Source: Fermentimonas sp. (lineage in GTDB: Bacteria; Bacteroidota; Bacteroidia; Bacteroidales; Dysgonomonadaceae). From it: DNA of 64,000 nt. Location of the stretch: the NCBI GenBank assembly GCA_028683355.1, contig JAQUIZ010000001.1:15618-79617 (forward strand), read 5' to 3'. Position numbers and translations under genes: made by a program. A model generated the notes under the pieces. It was not told the DNA's origin. It saw only the letters and a program-made list of their open reading frames with translations, and searched no databases. Within the stretch, counting starts at the first letter, position 1. Every line of letters starts with the position of its first letter. Of this stretch, positions 44,917-53,874 are shown piece by piece.

Positions 44917-46182
44917 TTATGCTGTCATACGCTTACGGATTTGCCGTGCGTTTTTCTGTACAAGTTGTATGATGCGGTCGTGGTATTCTGTGTTTTGGTT
45001 GCAAAGCCCTCTTGATTGCAGGACTTTGAAATTTTCAAGCGACAGTTCAACAGTCTCAATGCGTTTGTCATTTATCCGTGCAGAGAAAACCAAAGACTTG
45101 GGTTTGAGGTAGTATTCGCATTGTCCCACACAATGATGTAAAGCATTTCCCTCTTTGTAATAATCATCCACACTCTCCAACACGCTGACTACAATCAGTC
45201 CGTCAGTGAATGACAATCCAAAGAATTTGCCTTTCAACTCTCTGAACTTCTCCTCATTCTCCTGCGCCTTTTTCTGCTCGGCTTCACGTTTCTCTCGCTC
45301 TTGGATAACCCTTACCCTCTCTTGATAGCGGTCGTGCTCGGCTTTCAAATCCAATGGGCAGACATAATGGGCATTGCGAATATCCTTGCCACACCTTTCA
45401 AGCAAGCGGATGTAATCCACCCAAAGGGAAATGTCGGATATGTGATAATTGTTACGCATCACTATCTTATAAGTGTTCCAATACAAATCAAAATACATAG
45501 GGTGTTGCAGAAAATAGTTCAAATCCACCTTTCTCCCTGCCTTGAACATCGTTTCGGCTCTACTGTCCTGCAACAAGGCTTCAATCAGCTTCGTTGGCTC
45601 AATCTCCGACAAAGAACCTCTTAGTCCGTTGCGTCTTAACTTGGTTGTGGCAGAATAATAAGGATAAACCTTGCAATCGGCAATCCGCCTGTAAACATTA
45701 TTGTCGTTCCGCAGTTCTATATGATTGTCAAAGACAAAGCTGTCTATATAGTAGCCGAGTGTACGCCTTAATGCCGTTACTTCTGTCTTGCCATTATCAT
45801 CAATCCAATAACGGACTACCTCCATAGAGTAAAAATCGGCTTTCTTGCCCTTGCGATAATGAGCCGTCAAAAGGAACACCCTCTGCACCTGTAAGCCGTC
45901 TTGGGTTGTCAGTATGGAGTAATAGGATTTGTCTTTATACTTACGCTGTAAGGTGTTGCGTATCTCCAACTTTGTATCGCAGCGAGGGCAACGGCAGGTC
46001 TTTTCTCTGGTCTCGCTCCATTGGTGTCCGCAATCCATACAGGTGGTCATACCGCTTTTGGCACGGAACGCATAATGATTTAAGCAATGGCGAAATGCCC
46101 ATAACTCTTGCTTCTCGGTCAGTGGCAGTAACCGCTCATTGGCGGTTACTACCTTGTGCTGTAATCTCGTCTTGGCTCTCAT
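44917..46182 (-). CDS. pcfJ: PcfJ-like protein
   Basis: 421 aa with N-terminal Cys pairs (CMDCGHQW ... CRCPRCD) and C-terminal GNALHHCVGQCEYY typical of PcfJ-like proteins. The PcfK-like gene lies immediately upstream. Confidence 0.75.
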   Translation of the reverse strand: MRAKTRLQHKVVTANERLLPLTEKQELWAFRHCLNHYAFRAKSGMTTCMDCGHQWSETREKTCRCPRCDTKLEIRNTLQRKYKDKSYYSILTTQDGLQVQRVFLLTAHYRKGKKADFYSMEVVRYWIDDNGKTEVTALRRTLGYYIDSFVFDNHIELRNDNNVYRRIADCKVYPYYSATTKLRRNGLRGSLSEIEPTKLIEALLQDSRAETMFKAGRKVDLNYFLQHPMYFDLYWNTYKIVMRNNYHISDISLWVDYIRLLERCGKDIRNAHYVCPLDLKAEHDRYQERVRVIQEREKREAEQKKAQENEEKFRELKGKFFGLSFTDGLIVVSVLESVDDYYKEGNALHHCVGQCEYYLKPKSLVFSARINDKRIETVELSLENFKVLQSRGLCNQNTEYHDRIIQLVQKNARQIRKRMTA

Positions 46183-46619
46183 AGTCCTAAATCAAATAGT
46201 GATGGTTGGGTAACTTCCTGTTTCGTTGCTTTCTGGGTTGGCTTGGGTCTGCTGTTACGTTGTTGTATCTTCCGCAGTTCCTCGTCTTGATAGGCTTTGA
46301 GTGCCTTTTCCCTCGCTTCGGCTTGCTCTTCGGGAGTAAGTTCTACCCTATGATTGACTATCACACCGCAATTGACGGCTTTACCCACCTCTATATTGTC
46401 TTCATCATAATAGTGGGTACAGAGAGAATAAACCTCATTGTCGGTCATTCCACAACCGCCCTCTTTGCATATAGCCATTGCTTGGTTGAGTACAAATGTG
46501 ATGCAATCGTCCAAATTCTTGTTCTCTTTGGCATACGACACGGCAAAGAGTTCATCCGTCTTGGCTCTATCGTCCAAATATGCCTTTATGGTCTGCTTGA
46601 ATTGTTCTGTTCCTTTCAT
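46179..46619 (-). CDS. pcfK: PcfK-like protein
   Basis: The N-terminus MKGTEQFKQTIKAYLDDRAKTDELFAVSYAKENKNLDDCITFVLNQ matches my memory of Bacteroides PcfK-like proteins. It has a 4-nt overlap with the pcfJ-like gene. Confidence 0.7.
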   Translation of the reverse strand: MKGTEQFKQTIKAYLDDRAKTDELFAVSYAKENKNLDDCITFVLNQAMAICKEGGCGMTDNEVYSLCTHYYDEDNIEVGKAVNCGVIVNHRVELTPEEQAEAREKALKAYQDEELRKIQQRNSRPKPTQKATKQEVTQPSLFDLGL

Positions 46620-46627
46620 ATCGTCTG

Positions 46628-46840
46628 TTATTTTGCTTGATAATAAATACTTGGCTCACTTGAAACATTGTAGATGTATGCTCCGCACCTTACCAACAAT
46701 GCCTGTTTACCATAATACAATCGCTTCATTTCTTTGACACTGCCTGTGTTATGGAAGTTGGGAAATCGGCTGATATTACAGCGTTCTCCCTGCTCTTTGG
46801 TCATTCTTCGTGTTCTCATAGCATTAGAAATGATAGTCAA
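46628..46840 (-). CDS. hypothetical small basic protein
   Basis: 70-aa ORF that overlaps the upstream gene by 17 nt. Coding status uncertain. Confidence 0.35.
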   Translation of the reverse strand: MTIISNAMRTRRMTKEQGERCNISRFPNFHNTGSVKEMKRLYYGKQALLVRCGAYIYNVSSEPSIYYQAK

Positions 46841-47309
46841 TCACTCCACTGATATACAGCAATGTTCCAGGCACTAATTGGCTTACCACTCGCAGAAACT
46901 CGTAAGATTCTTCGGCAGCTCCGTTGATACACTGCTCGTCCATATAAAATTGATAGCCGGTGTCAAGCGGATTTTTGAGGTACTTTTCAAGTTGGTACAC
47001 CTCGCCAATCCAAAGAGTGCAGTTCTCTGTGGTAACGGCTTTCGCCTTTTCTTGCAAGGTTGCCACAAATTCCTCTTTCCATTTGTCCGCACCGCCATTG
47101 TAACGGATTGTATCATCTGAAACAAGCTCAAACATACCTTTGGGCAGAATGTTATTTATCAGATTGTCGATGTGGAATTTACGCTCTTCCTCGTCAATCT
47201 CCGAACAATAGTCATAATAGTGTCCGTCTCCTTGTTCAAGGGTGCAGTCGTTCAGAATGTTGTCTTTTAGAGGTCTCTCTTCTGTGATTTGAAAAATCTT
47301 GCTGTGCAT
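46824..47309 (-). CDS. acidic hypothetical protein (161 aa), first gene after leader copy B
   Basis: Rich in Asp/Glu. First ORF of the pcfK/pcfJ operon. Confidence 0.5.
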   Translation of the reverse strand: MHSKIFQITEERPLKDNILNDCTLEQGDGHYYDYCSEIDEEERKFHIDNLINNILPKGMFELVSDDTIRYNGGADKWKEEFVATLQEKAKAVTTENCTLWIGEVYQLEKYLKNPLDTGYQFYMDEQCINGAAEESYEFLRVVSQLVPGTLLYISGVIDYHF

Positions 47310-47665
47310 AATCTGTCTGTTTTAATCGTTGAACTTTTATTTTTTCTTTTCCCTCATTTTTGAAGCCTTTATCGGCTTTCTTGTCGGGATCTGAATTTTA
47401 CGTGCATTCAGAGACTGTGGACTACAGAGGGATAAGACAAGTAAATGCCAGAGGAGTTGATGAAATACCCAATTTCAGCCTGCCGGAAATTGCGGAAAGT
47501 TGTCGTCAAGTCCACAAGGCATTAGTGGAGCCAATCGGAGAATCGGTACTTGGCGTTCCCTCGCCGCAGTACCTTTGCAAAGGAAAATGGAGCCGACAAG
47601 AATAGCCGGAGAAGCTCACAGTATTGTGATAATAGAAACAGGTATAATGGTCTGGTAGTAGGAAT
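47310..47665 (-). repeat. copy B of the conserved non-coding leader element
   Basis: Contains the 16-mer TTTTTTCTTTTCCCTC (47340-47355) and the core 47431-47513. It has the hairpin CAATTTC (47470-47476) / GAAATTG (47486-47492) and a second hairpin at 47545-47573. Confidence 0.65.
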
Positions 47666-47682
47666 TATAAAACAGGATAAAA

Positions 47683-47808
47683 TATAACAAAACGGCAAAC
47701 TCGATGTATATTTGCCAAAATCGTTATAACATTCGCAGCGTTATCTTACTAACAGTATAACAAAAATGGCAAACCACATTGTTATATGCCAAATTTGTTA
47801 TAACTTTG
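47683..47808 (+). promoter_or_regulatory. two tandem imperfect palindromes plus a -7 box upstream of abiEi (candidate autoregulatory operator and promoter)
   Basis: Unit 1 (47683-47730) is TATAAC-n5-GGCAAA ... TTTGCC-n6-GTTATAAC. Unit 2 (47756-47804) is TATAAC-n6-GGCAAA ... TGCC-n6-GTTATAAC. TAACTTTG (47801-47808) fits TAnnTTTG, 22 nt before the ATG. Confidence 0.55.
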
Positions 47809-47830
47809 CAGTATAATTCAAAAAGCAATA

Positions 47831-48559
47831 ATGACTGCTGTAAATCAAATAATAGATATTGCTAAGAAACAGGATGGCATATTCACAAGAAAAGACTTGT
47901 TGAATGTGGTACGATTTGGTATGAAAAACATATCAGAAGGGTCTCTTGCTGTGCTTTTGAATAGGATGATTGCAGAAAACAAAATCATTAGGGTTTCATA
48001 CGGGAAATATAAATTAAATGAAGATTTGAAGCATGAATTTTTGTATGAACCAAACGAATTTATGCTTTCACTCAACAAGCATATAAAAGAAAAATTTCCT
48101 TTCATCGACTATTGTATATGGCAACCGTCTGTATTTGCATCAATGATGCTACATGTACCTGCGGTAAGAACCACATTAGTAGATGTTGAAAGGGAAGCGA
48201 TGGAATCTGTTTTTATGTCATTACAAAACGTCGAATCAGAAATCCCTATTTTCTTGAATCCGTCCCAAGAAGATGTGGACAGATACATTACAAATAGAGA
48301 CTTAATTATTGTCCGCCCTCTTGTTAAAGAGGCTCCATTAGATGTTATAAATGGTTGTCCCGTTCCCACATTGGAGAAAATGCTTGTTGATGCCATATCT
48401 GACAAAGAACTACAACATCTTCAAGGCAATGAATTATATACTATATATTCAAACGCATTCTCTGACTATGCAATCAAAAAAACAAGGTTATTGAGATATG
48501 CGGCACGTCGCAACCGAAAACAAAAAGTTGAACAAATTATCAATACAATCAATATATGA
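47831..48559 (+). CDS. abiEi: AbiEi-like antitoxin / transcriptional regulator
   Basis: 242 aa with a winged-helix-like N-terminus. It has a 4-nt overlap with the downstream AbiEii-like nucleotidyltransferase gene. Confidence 0.7.
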   Translation: MTAVNQIIDIAKKQDGIFTRKDLLNVVRFGMKNISEGSLAVLLNRMIAENKIIRVSYGKYKLNEDLKHEFLYEPNEFMLSLNKHIKEKFPFIDYCIWQPSVFASMMLHVPAVRTTLVDVEREAMESVFMSLQNVESEIPIFLNPSQEDVDRYITNRDLIIVRPLVKEAPLDVINGCPVPTLEKMLVDAISDKELQHLQGNELYTIYSNAFSDYAIKKTRLLRYAARRNRKQKVEQIINTINI

Positions 48560-49620
48560 TACATCCCGATAGCAGGACTTTGTCTTGGATAGAACAAGTC
48601 GCCAAAGACAATAAGATAAAAGATATAACCCTCGTTGAGAAAACAATCCGTGCATTCTCATTGTTGGAAGCATTGGCTCGATCGGGTTGCCCATTTTTGT
48701 TCAAGGGAGGTTCGTCCTTAATGCTTCATCTTGATACAGGCAAACGACTTTCTATCGATATTGATATAATATGTCCTCCTGGAACAAGAATTGAAGATTA
48801 TCTTGAAAAGTATTCCGAAGAATATGGCTTTGGAGAGGTCAAATTGGTAGAGCGTATCTCTCGTACCGATATTCCGAAACAACACGCCAAATTCTTTTAC
48901 CAAGTGGCATATCCGGCAGGAGGACGTCAGGATAAGATTTTGTTGGATGTATTATTCGAGGAAATTCATTATGCAAATGTAGTGGAACTTCCTATTCAAA
49001 GCCGGTTGTTAAAAACAGAGGGAGACCCCATAATTGTAAAGTTACCAAGTAAAGAGGATTTGCTTGGCGATAAATTAACTGCATTTGCTCCTCACACGAC
49101 CGGGATTCCTTTTTTCAAAGGAGAAAAGAATTGCTCAATGGAAATATGCAAACAACTATTTGACATTGCATCTCTTTTCGATATTGTCAATGACTTGTCC
49201 ATTACAACAGAGACATTCAATAAGTTTGCGATGGTTGAACTTCAATACAGAGGTGAGAGTCCTGATGCAATTCAAAAAGTTTTGGATGATATTTATGATA
49301 CGGCTAAATGTATCGTAATGCGTGGACAAGATAATCAAGAAGAGTTTGACATGATTCAAGATGGAATAAAAAAAGTGCGTGGCTTTATTCATAGTGAAGT
49401 CTATACTTTGGAAAGTGCTATCACAAATGCTTCAAAAGCCGCCTATCTCGCTAAACTTATCGGCAAAGGAATACACGAGGTAAAACATTATAATCCGTCC
49501 GAAGCGAATTTATTAATCAACACAACGATACAACCTCCATTATCAACTAAGTTGAACAAATTTAAGAAGACAAATGCAGAAGCGTTCTTCTATTGGAGTG
49601 AAATACAAAAGTTAGGATAA
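48556..49620 (+). CDS. abiEii: AbiEii/AbiGii-family nucleotidyltransferase toxin
   Basis: FLFKGGSSLMLHL and GKRLSIDIDIICP match the GG-[ST]-x-L and R-x-S-x-D-x-D motifs of AbiEii-type NTases. Confidence 0.8.
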   Translation: MIHPDSRTLSWIEQVAKDNKIKDITLVEKTIRAFSLLEALARSGCPFLFKGGSSLMLHLDTGKRLSIDIDIICPPGTRIEDYLEKYSEEYGFGEVKLVERISRTDIPKQHAKFFYQVAYPAGGRQDKILLDVLFEEIHYANVVELPIQSRLLKTEGDPIIVKLPSKEDLLGDKLTAFAPHTTGIPFFKGEKNCSMEICKQLFDIASLFDIVNDLSITTETFNKFAMVELQYRGESPDAIQKVLDDIYDTAKCIVMRGQDNQEEFDMIQDGIKKVRGFIHSEVYTLESAITNASKAAYLAKLIGKGIHEVKHYNPSEANLLINTTIQPPLSTKLNKFKKTNAEAFFYWSEIQKLG

Positions 49621-49636
49621 TGCACTTTATAATGCA

Positions 49637-49667
49637 GGAGAGCCGATCCATCACGGACAGGCTCTCC
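49637..49667. terminator. hairpin between convergent abiEii and ompA-family genes
   Basis: GGAGAGCC (49637-49644) pairs with GGCTCTCC (49660-49667). There is no clear T-run. Confidence 0.45.
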
Positions 49668-49704
49668 CAATTCAAATCATGAAGCAAAAAGTATCTTTTG
49701 TGTT

Positions 49705-51201
49705 CTATTTCATATAAAGCAATACTTTGGTATGTCGATTGGCTTCGGTAGGATTGTAATCTGAGATTCCTCCCTTGCCGACCTTGGTAATCACATCAAC
49801 TGCCAGTCCTCGCTTAACCAATTCTGTGGTAATATAATCGGCTCTCGATATGCTTAACCTGTCGTTTACATCGGCAGTCCCTGTGGCTGCATCAGCCGCA
49901 CCTACAACAGTAACCGACAATCCGTATTTCTTTGCGACACGTGCCAGTTCATCAAGATTGACCGACTGTGACTTGTCTGTCAACTTCGCTGTGCCGAGTT
50001 CAAAGAAGAAATAAACGGGAGAACCGATGCACTCGTTGCCGGAGTTTATAAAGGACAGATAATCCGAGTGGTTATAAGTGGCAATGCTGTCTCCGCCCAT
50101 ATTTGTCAATTCCTGAGCTTTGGCAAGATTGTCCGATTGGACTTCATTTGAATTTCCACTATCATCTACATTCACATTGGCAATTCCGGAACAAACCGCA
50201 AGGCTGTCATTGGACAAAGGCGACTTGCCATCCCAACGCCTGTTCTTCAACCTTGCCCTGAGCGAGTTCAGTCCGCTGTAATCATTTTTAGGATAACCAC
50301 TGCTTAAATTTTCACGGTCTTCAAACAGCCGGCTGTACTTTTCAAGCAATCCTTCAATCTCCAAAATTTTCTTCAGTTCATTCAAGGTACGCATATCCCT
50401 ATCGTGTTGACCAATGTACCTGCGGTTGCTTTCCGACAACTCCGAAGCATATTCCACTAACCACTCGTTTTGCCGAATATAAGGAGTCGCATCAGCGGAT
50501 CGTTTCCACCCGACCTTTCCAATCGTGAAAGACAGTCCGACGGAAATGGAGAGCATATTGTCCCCGAAGCGGTTGGCTTCCCCATATCCGTCAAAGTTTT
50601 GGAAAGTGGAAACATTGCCAATCTCCAGCAATGCCGCCAGCCGTTTGCAGATGCGGTATTGCCCTTGTATGCCATAAGAAATGGCAAATGGTTTCTGACC
50701 GTTCTGAGGATTATACATCATTCCAAGACCAACGTATGGAACAATGCCCCAACGTGGATTTTCTTTCTTTGCATACAGTCCGCCAAGGACATTATACATC
50801 AGGTCGGCGTGGAAATGATGATAGTCATTGACAGTAAGGTTGCAGTCCTTGAACCGCCAACCTCCATACCCGATTCTTGCCCCGATCTGTGGAGTGAACC
50901 ATTTGCCGACTGATGCGGATAACGATGGTTGTACCCTGTCAAACAAATCAGCACAGCCAATCGGTCTGCCGATGAAAGCACTTGCACCACCTTGCAGACT
51001 GACAAACCAGTTGCCGTTCCATGGTGAAGTTACCAGCACTCCCTTGTGGTAAGTCGGCTCTGCGGTTTGAAACATCAGTTCCTTCTCCATATAGGATTCA
51101 TAGTGTACACTATCCTGTGGGACAGGTTGTACATTCGCCTTCGCTTGCAGTGTGCAGCACATTCCTGCCATTGCCATTACAAATACTATTTTATTTCTCA
51201 T
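49705..51201 (-). CDS. OmpA-family outer-membrane protein
   Basis: Signal peptide MRNKIVFVMAMAGMCCTLQAKA and a beta-barrel-like N-terminal half. The C-terminal OmpA-like domain is LSVTVVGAADAATGTADVNDRLSISRADYITTELVKRG. Confidence 0.8.
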   Translation of the reverse strand: MRNKIVFVMAMAGMCCTLQAKANVQPVPQDSVHYESYMEKELMFQTAEPTYHKGVLVTSPWNGNWFVSLQGGASAFIGRPIGCADLFDRVQPSLSASVGKWFTPQIGARIGYGGWRFKDCNLTVNDYHHFHADLMYNVLGGLYAKKENPRWGIVPYVGLGMMYNPQNGQKPFAISYGIQGQYRICKRLAALLEIGNVSTFQNFDGYGEANRFGDNMLSISVGLSFTIGKVGWKRSADATPYIRQNEWLVEYASELSESNRRYIGQHDRDMRTLNELKKILEIEGLLEKYSRLFEDRENLSSGYPKNDYSGLNSLRARLKNRRWDGKSPLSNDSLAVCSGIANVNVDDSGNSNEVQSDNLAKAQELTNMGGDSIATYNHSDYLSFINSGNECIGSPVYFFFELGTAKLTDKSQSVNLDELARVAKKYGLSVTVVGAADAATGTADVNDRLSISRADYITTELVKRGLAVDVITKVGKGGISDYNPTEANRHTKVLLYMK

Positions 51202-51256
51202 ACGTTTTCTGTTATTATAGATTTCACATCCGATGCAGGAAACTACCTCCTGCCGA

Positions 51257-52708
51257 TTATCGTTTCTGTTTTTTGCCGGAAGCCGGACGCATCATCTTGC
51301 TTGCCATCATCATACACCGTCTTGCCCAGGCCCGGTTGTCCTCGTCATCGTCCCGTCCCCATTTAAGGTCACTGGAGCTTCCACCACCGCCATGCGTTTC
51401 GGCAAAAGTAGTGGCATCATTGACCATTCCGAGAAACAGAAGCGTGGCGCAGTGCATCACTTCCGATCCTTGTTCCGTCAGGCTTTGCAGTAATGAACCG
51501 TCAAATCGGGACTGTTCGGAAAGTCCCATTTCTCCCAATCGTACCGAGTGCTCCCTGACCAATGTTTCCAACATTACATCTTTGAGCAGCACATCCACGT
51601 TGGAATGGATTTCACGGCTGTACTTATAGGCTTCGCCTTTCAACTCCTCCGTGCGCTCGCCAATGGCATCCATGTCCCTTTTAAGGGCTTCAAGTTGTTG
51701 GTCAGCCGTCCGTAGCTTATCCTGCTTGTCTTCCAGTTTCGTTTGGATAGAAGCCAGTTCCTTTTCCAACCGATCCCTCTCTGCTATAATGGCAGCCGTA
51801 TCTCCCTGATGGGATTGAAGTGTGCGCTCCAATGCCGACAACTGGTATTCCTTTTCCGCTTTCGCCTTTCTGAGGTTGTCCACCATTGAGGTCAAACCTT
51901 TCACCCTGCGTTCTGCCAGACTGATTTCCACTTTTAGGTCGGACAGTGCTTTTTTGTGTTGGACAACCTGTTCTTCGATATTGGTACATTCTTCCGAAAG
52001 GTGTCGGCGGTACTCTTCGGTGGTGCGGTGTTTTGCGCCGGTCTCGGATATACTGCTACCACGTGACATTCCCCAACGCTTGTTCACTTCTGAGAAGTCG
52101 CTATGTAACTGCTTCATCCGTGCGCTGAACTCGTACTTGTCCTTTCCTGCAAAAATCTGCTTGTATGCAAACTTGCCGTCACGGATTGGCAACAAGGTAC
52201 AATGCGCATGGGGATTCAGTTCATCCATGTGTACGATAAAAGCTGCAATGTTCTCCTCTCCATATTTGCCACAAACGAATGAATAGACGTCCTTGGCCCA
52301 TTCTTCAATATCCTTGCACCTCTCGACATGGGAATTGTCCGCTCCCTTATCAAAATTTACAATCTGACTGCCGAAAGCTATTTCGTGCATACGTTCACGT
52401 GAACCTCCGAAAATAAAATTGACCACCGTGCGGAAACGTGGCTCTGCCAAACCTGCATTTGGGTCTTTGATTCCTCTCGCCAACAAATTATCGGACATTC
52501 TTTCCGGGATGCTCCGTGTCTTGTCTATCGGGCAGACCTTGCCTGCCCTTATCTCAAAATTCAAATGTTCTCTTGTCGGATCATAGTTCCCGACCGACAT
52601 GGCACGCTCCCAGCCTTTTTCCGTCCACCTGCGTTGGTGTTCGTTGCTTTGTGCTGTGGTTATGCCTTTTGATGGTCGGAAATCCATCACCTGCTTTGCA
52701 TTTGCCAT
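51257..52708 (-). CDS. MOBV-type (Mob/Pre family) relaxase
   Basis: The HxDExxPHxH signature VHMDELNPHAHCTLLP lies in the N-terminal domain. There is a long coiled-coil-like C-terminal half. Confidence 0.8.
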   Translation of the reverse strand: MANAKQVMDFRPSKGITTAQSNEHQRRWTEKGWERAMSVGNYDPTREHLNFEIRAGKVCPIDKTRSIPERMSDNLLARGIKDPNAGLAEPRFRTVVNFIFGGSRERMHEIAFGSQIVNFDKGADNSHVERCKDIEEWAKDVYSFVCGKYGEENIAAFIVHMDELNPHAHCTLLPIRDGKFAYKQIFAGKDKYEFSARMKQLHSDFSEVNKRWGMSRGSSISETGAKHRTTEEYRRHLSEECTNIEEQVVQHKKALSDLKVEISLAERRVKGLTSMVDNLRKAKAEKEYQLSALERTLQSHQGDTAAIIAERDRLEKELASIQTKLEDKQDKLRTADQQLEALKRDMDAIGERTEELKGEAYKYSREIHSNVDVLLKDVMLETLVREHSVRLGEMGLSEQSRFDGSLLQSLTEQGSEVMHCATLLFLGMVNDATTFAETHGGGGSSSDLKWGRDDDEDNRAWARRCMMMASKMMRPASGKKQKR

Positions 52709-52939
52709 ATTCTCTTTTCTGTTTTTCGGACATCCTGTTTGCCCCAGCTTGCTGCTTGTCCGGGCACCTCTCCCGATAGCTTTATGCTATTGGGGTATTA
52801 GGCTACCCATACTTCCCTCTGTTTGGTCAACGTGCAAGCACTGCTGCACGCTTAAAATGGCAAGCCTACAAGTGTAGGGCATCACGGTTCATCCGTGGTT
52901 ATACAATAAGTTTTTGACTTACAACACCGGTTGTGGAGT
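52709..52939. other. candidate oriT region upstream of the relaxase gene
   Basis: 231-nt non-coding gap with several short hairpins (CCTACA-ag-TGTAGG, CACGG-ttcat-CCGTG, GTGCA...TGCAC). Mob/Pre-type oriTs usually lie next to the relaxase gene. The nick site is not identified. Confidence 0.3.
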
Positions 52940-53791
52940 CTATAAAAGGGTGAAATCACGCTCTTGGTACTTTGCCCACAACTCCTTGAACGGCTGTCGG
53001 AGCGTGGCAAGCATATCTGTTTCGCTCGAACTACTGGCCGTGCCGTCGTTTCCAGCGTCCAGAATCATCTTGGCAGTTATCTTAGATGCCTCCAAAAGTG
53101 AAGTCCAATCACCTTCCAGTTCCTTGTGAAAGAACTCCAGGAAATCGGTCGGGTCATCGAAGCGCGAATTTCGTATGGCACGTTTCAGTCCGGCTACGGC
53201 TACACGCTCGACAATCTCTTGGACAAACTCCGTTTCTGCACCTGCCTTTATTGCCGGCTTGTCGCCCGAATGATCTTTGCCGGATTCATCGGCAAGCCGT
53301 TTCCGTCCGGCTTCATGATACTGTCCACAAACCTCTCCCATATCTTCGTCAGACAGATTGCCATTTATCCATTCGGACAAAGCCTTGTCCAAATCATCGG
53401 CAAGTCGGGGTTCTACCTGACCAGTATAAAAGGCAGGGCTTTCGCCATCAGAGAGCGACGCAAAAGTGACTGTAATGACCACACTCTTTGCGAACTTTGT
53501 CCGACGAATATATCCCATCTCCTCCAGTTTGTCAAGGAACGCCCTGACAGTAGCCCTATGCCAGTGCCATTCTACGGCGAGATCGGAAATAGTCACATGA
53601 CACTGGTCAGCCTGCAACACATACTCGTGGTTTTTCAAAAAGGGAGCGATAAAACCTGCCGTTGCTTTCTCCAACAGGTCACAATAGGCACCGGTCTTTG
53701 TCTTCCGTTCACCGACTTTCTCTTTGAGGTAGTCGAAAAAATTCATATCTGCCAATACCTGATTGGTGGCTCTATTCTTGTATTTCATCAT
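52940..53791 (-). CDS. hypothetical protein with a probable winged-helix segment
   Basis: 283 aa. ISDLAVEWHWHRATVRAFLDKLEEMGYIRR looks like a wHTH recognition unit. Located upstream of the relaxase gene. Confidence 0.45.
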   Translation of the reverse strand: MMKYKNRATNQVLADMNFFDYLKEKVGERKTKTGAYCDLLEKATAGFIAPFLKNHEYVLQADQCHVTISDLAVEWHWHRATVRAFLDKLEEMGYIRRTKFAKSVVITVTFASLSDGESPAFYTGQVEPRLADDLDKALSEWINGNLSDEDMGEVCGQYHEAGRKRLADESGKDHSGDKPAIKAGAETEFVQEIVERVAVAGLKRAIRNSRFDDPTDFLEFFHKELEGDWTSLLEASKITAKMILDAGNDGTASSSSETDMLATLRQPFKELWAKYQERDFTLL

Positions 53792-53874
53792 TTCATTTGA
53801 TTTTTGTTTGACTATATGTGGATTCGATTAACCTGCCACTATCCACTTATTCATGGCAGTTTCGCGTGATGATG

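Noticed and set aside
53126-53800. 224-aa plus-strand ORF
   Set aside because: It is an antisense shadow of 52940-53791, which fits the minus-strand operon with the relaxase gene.
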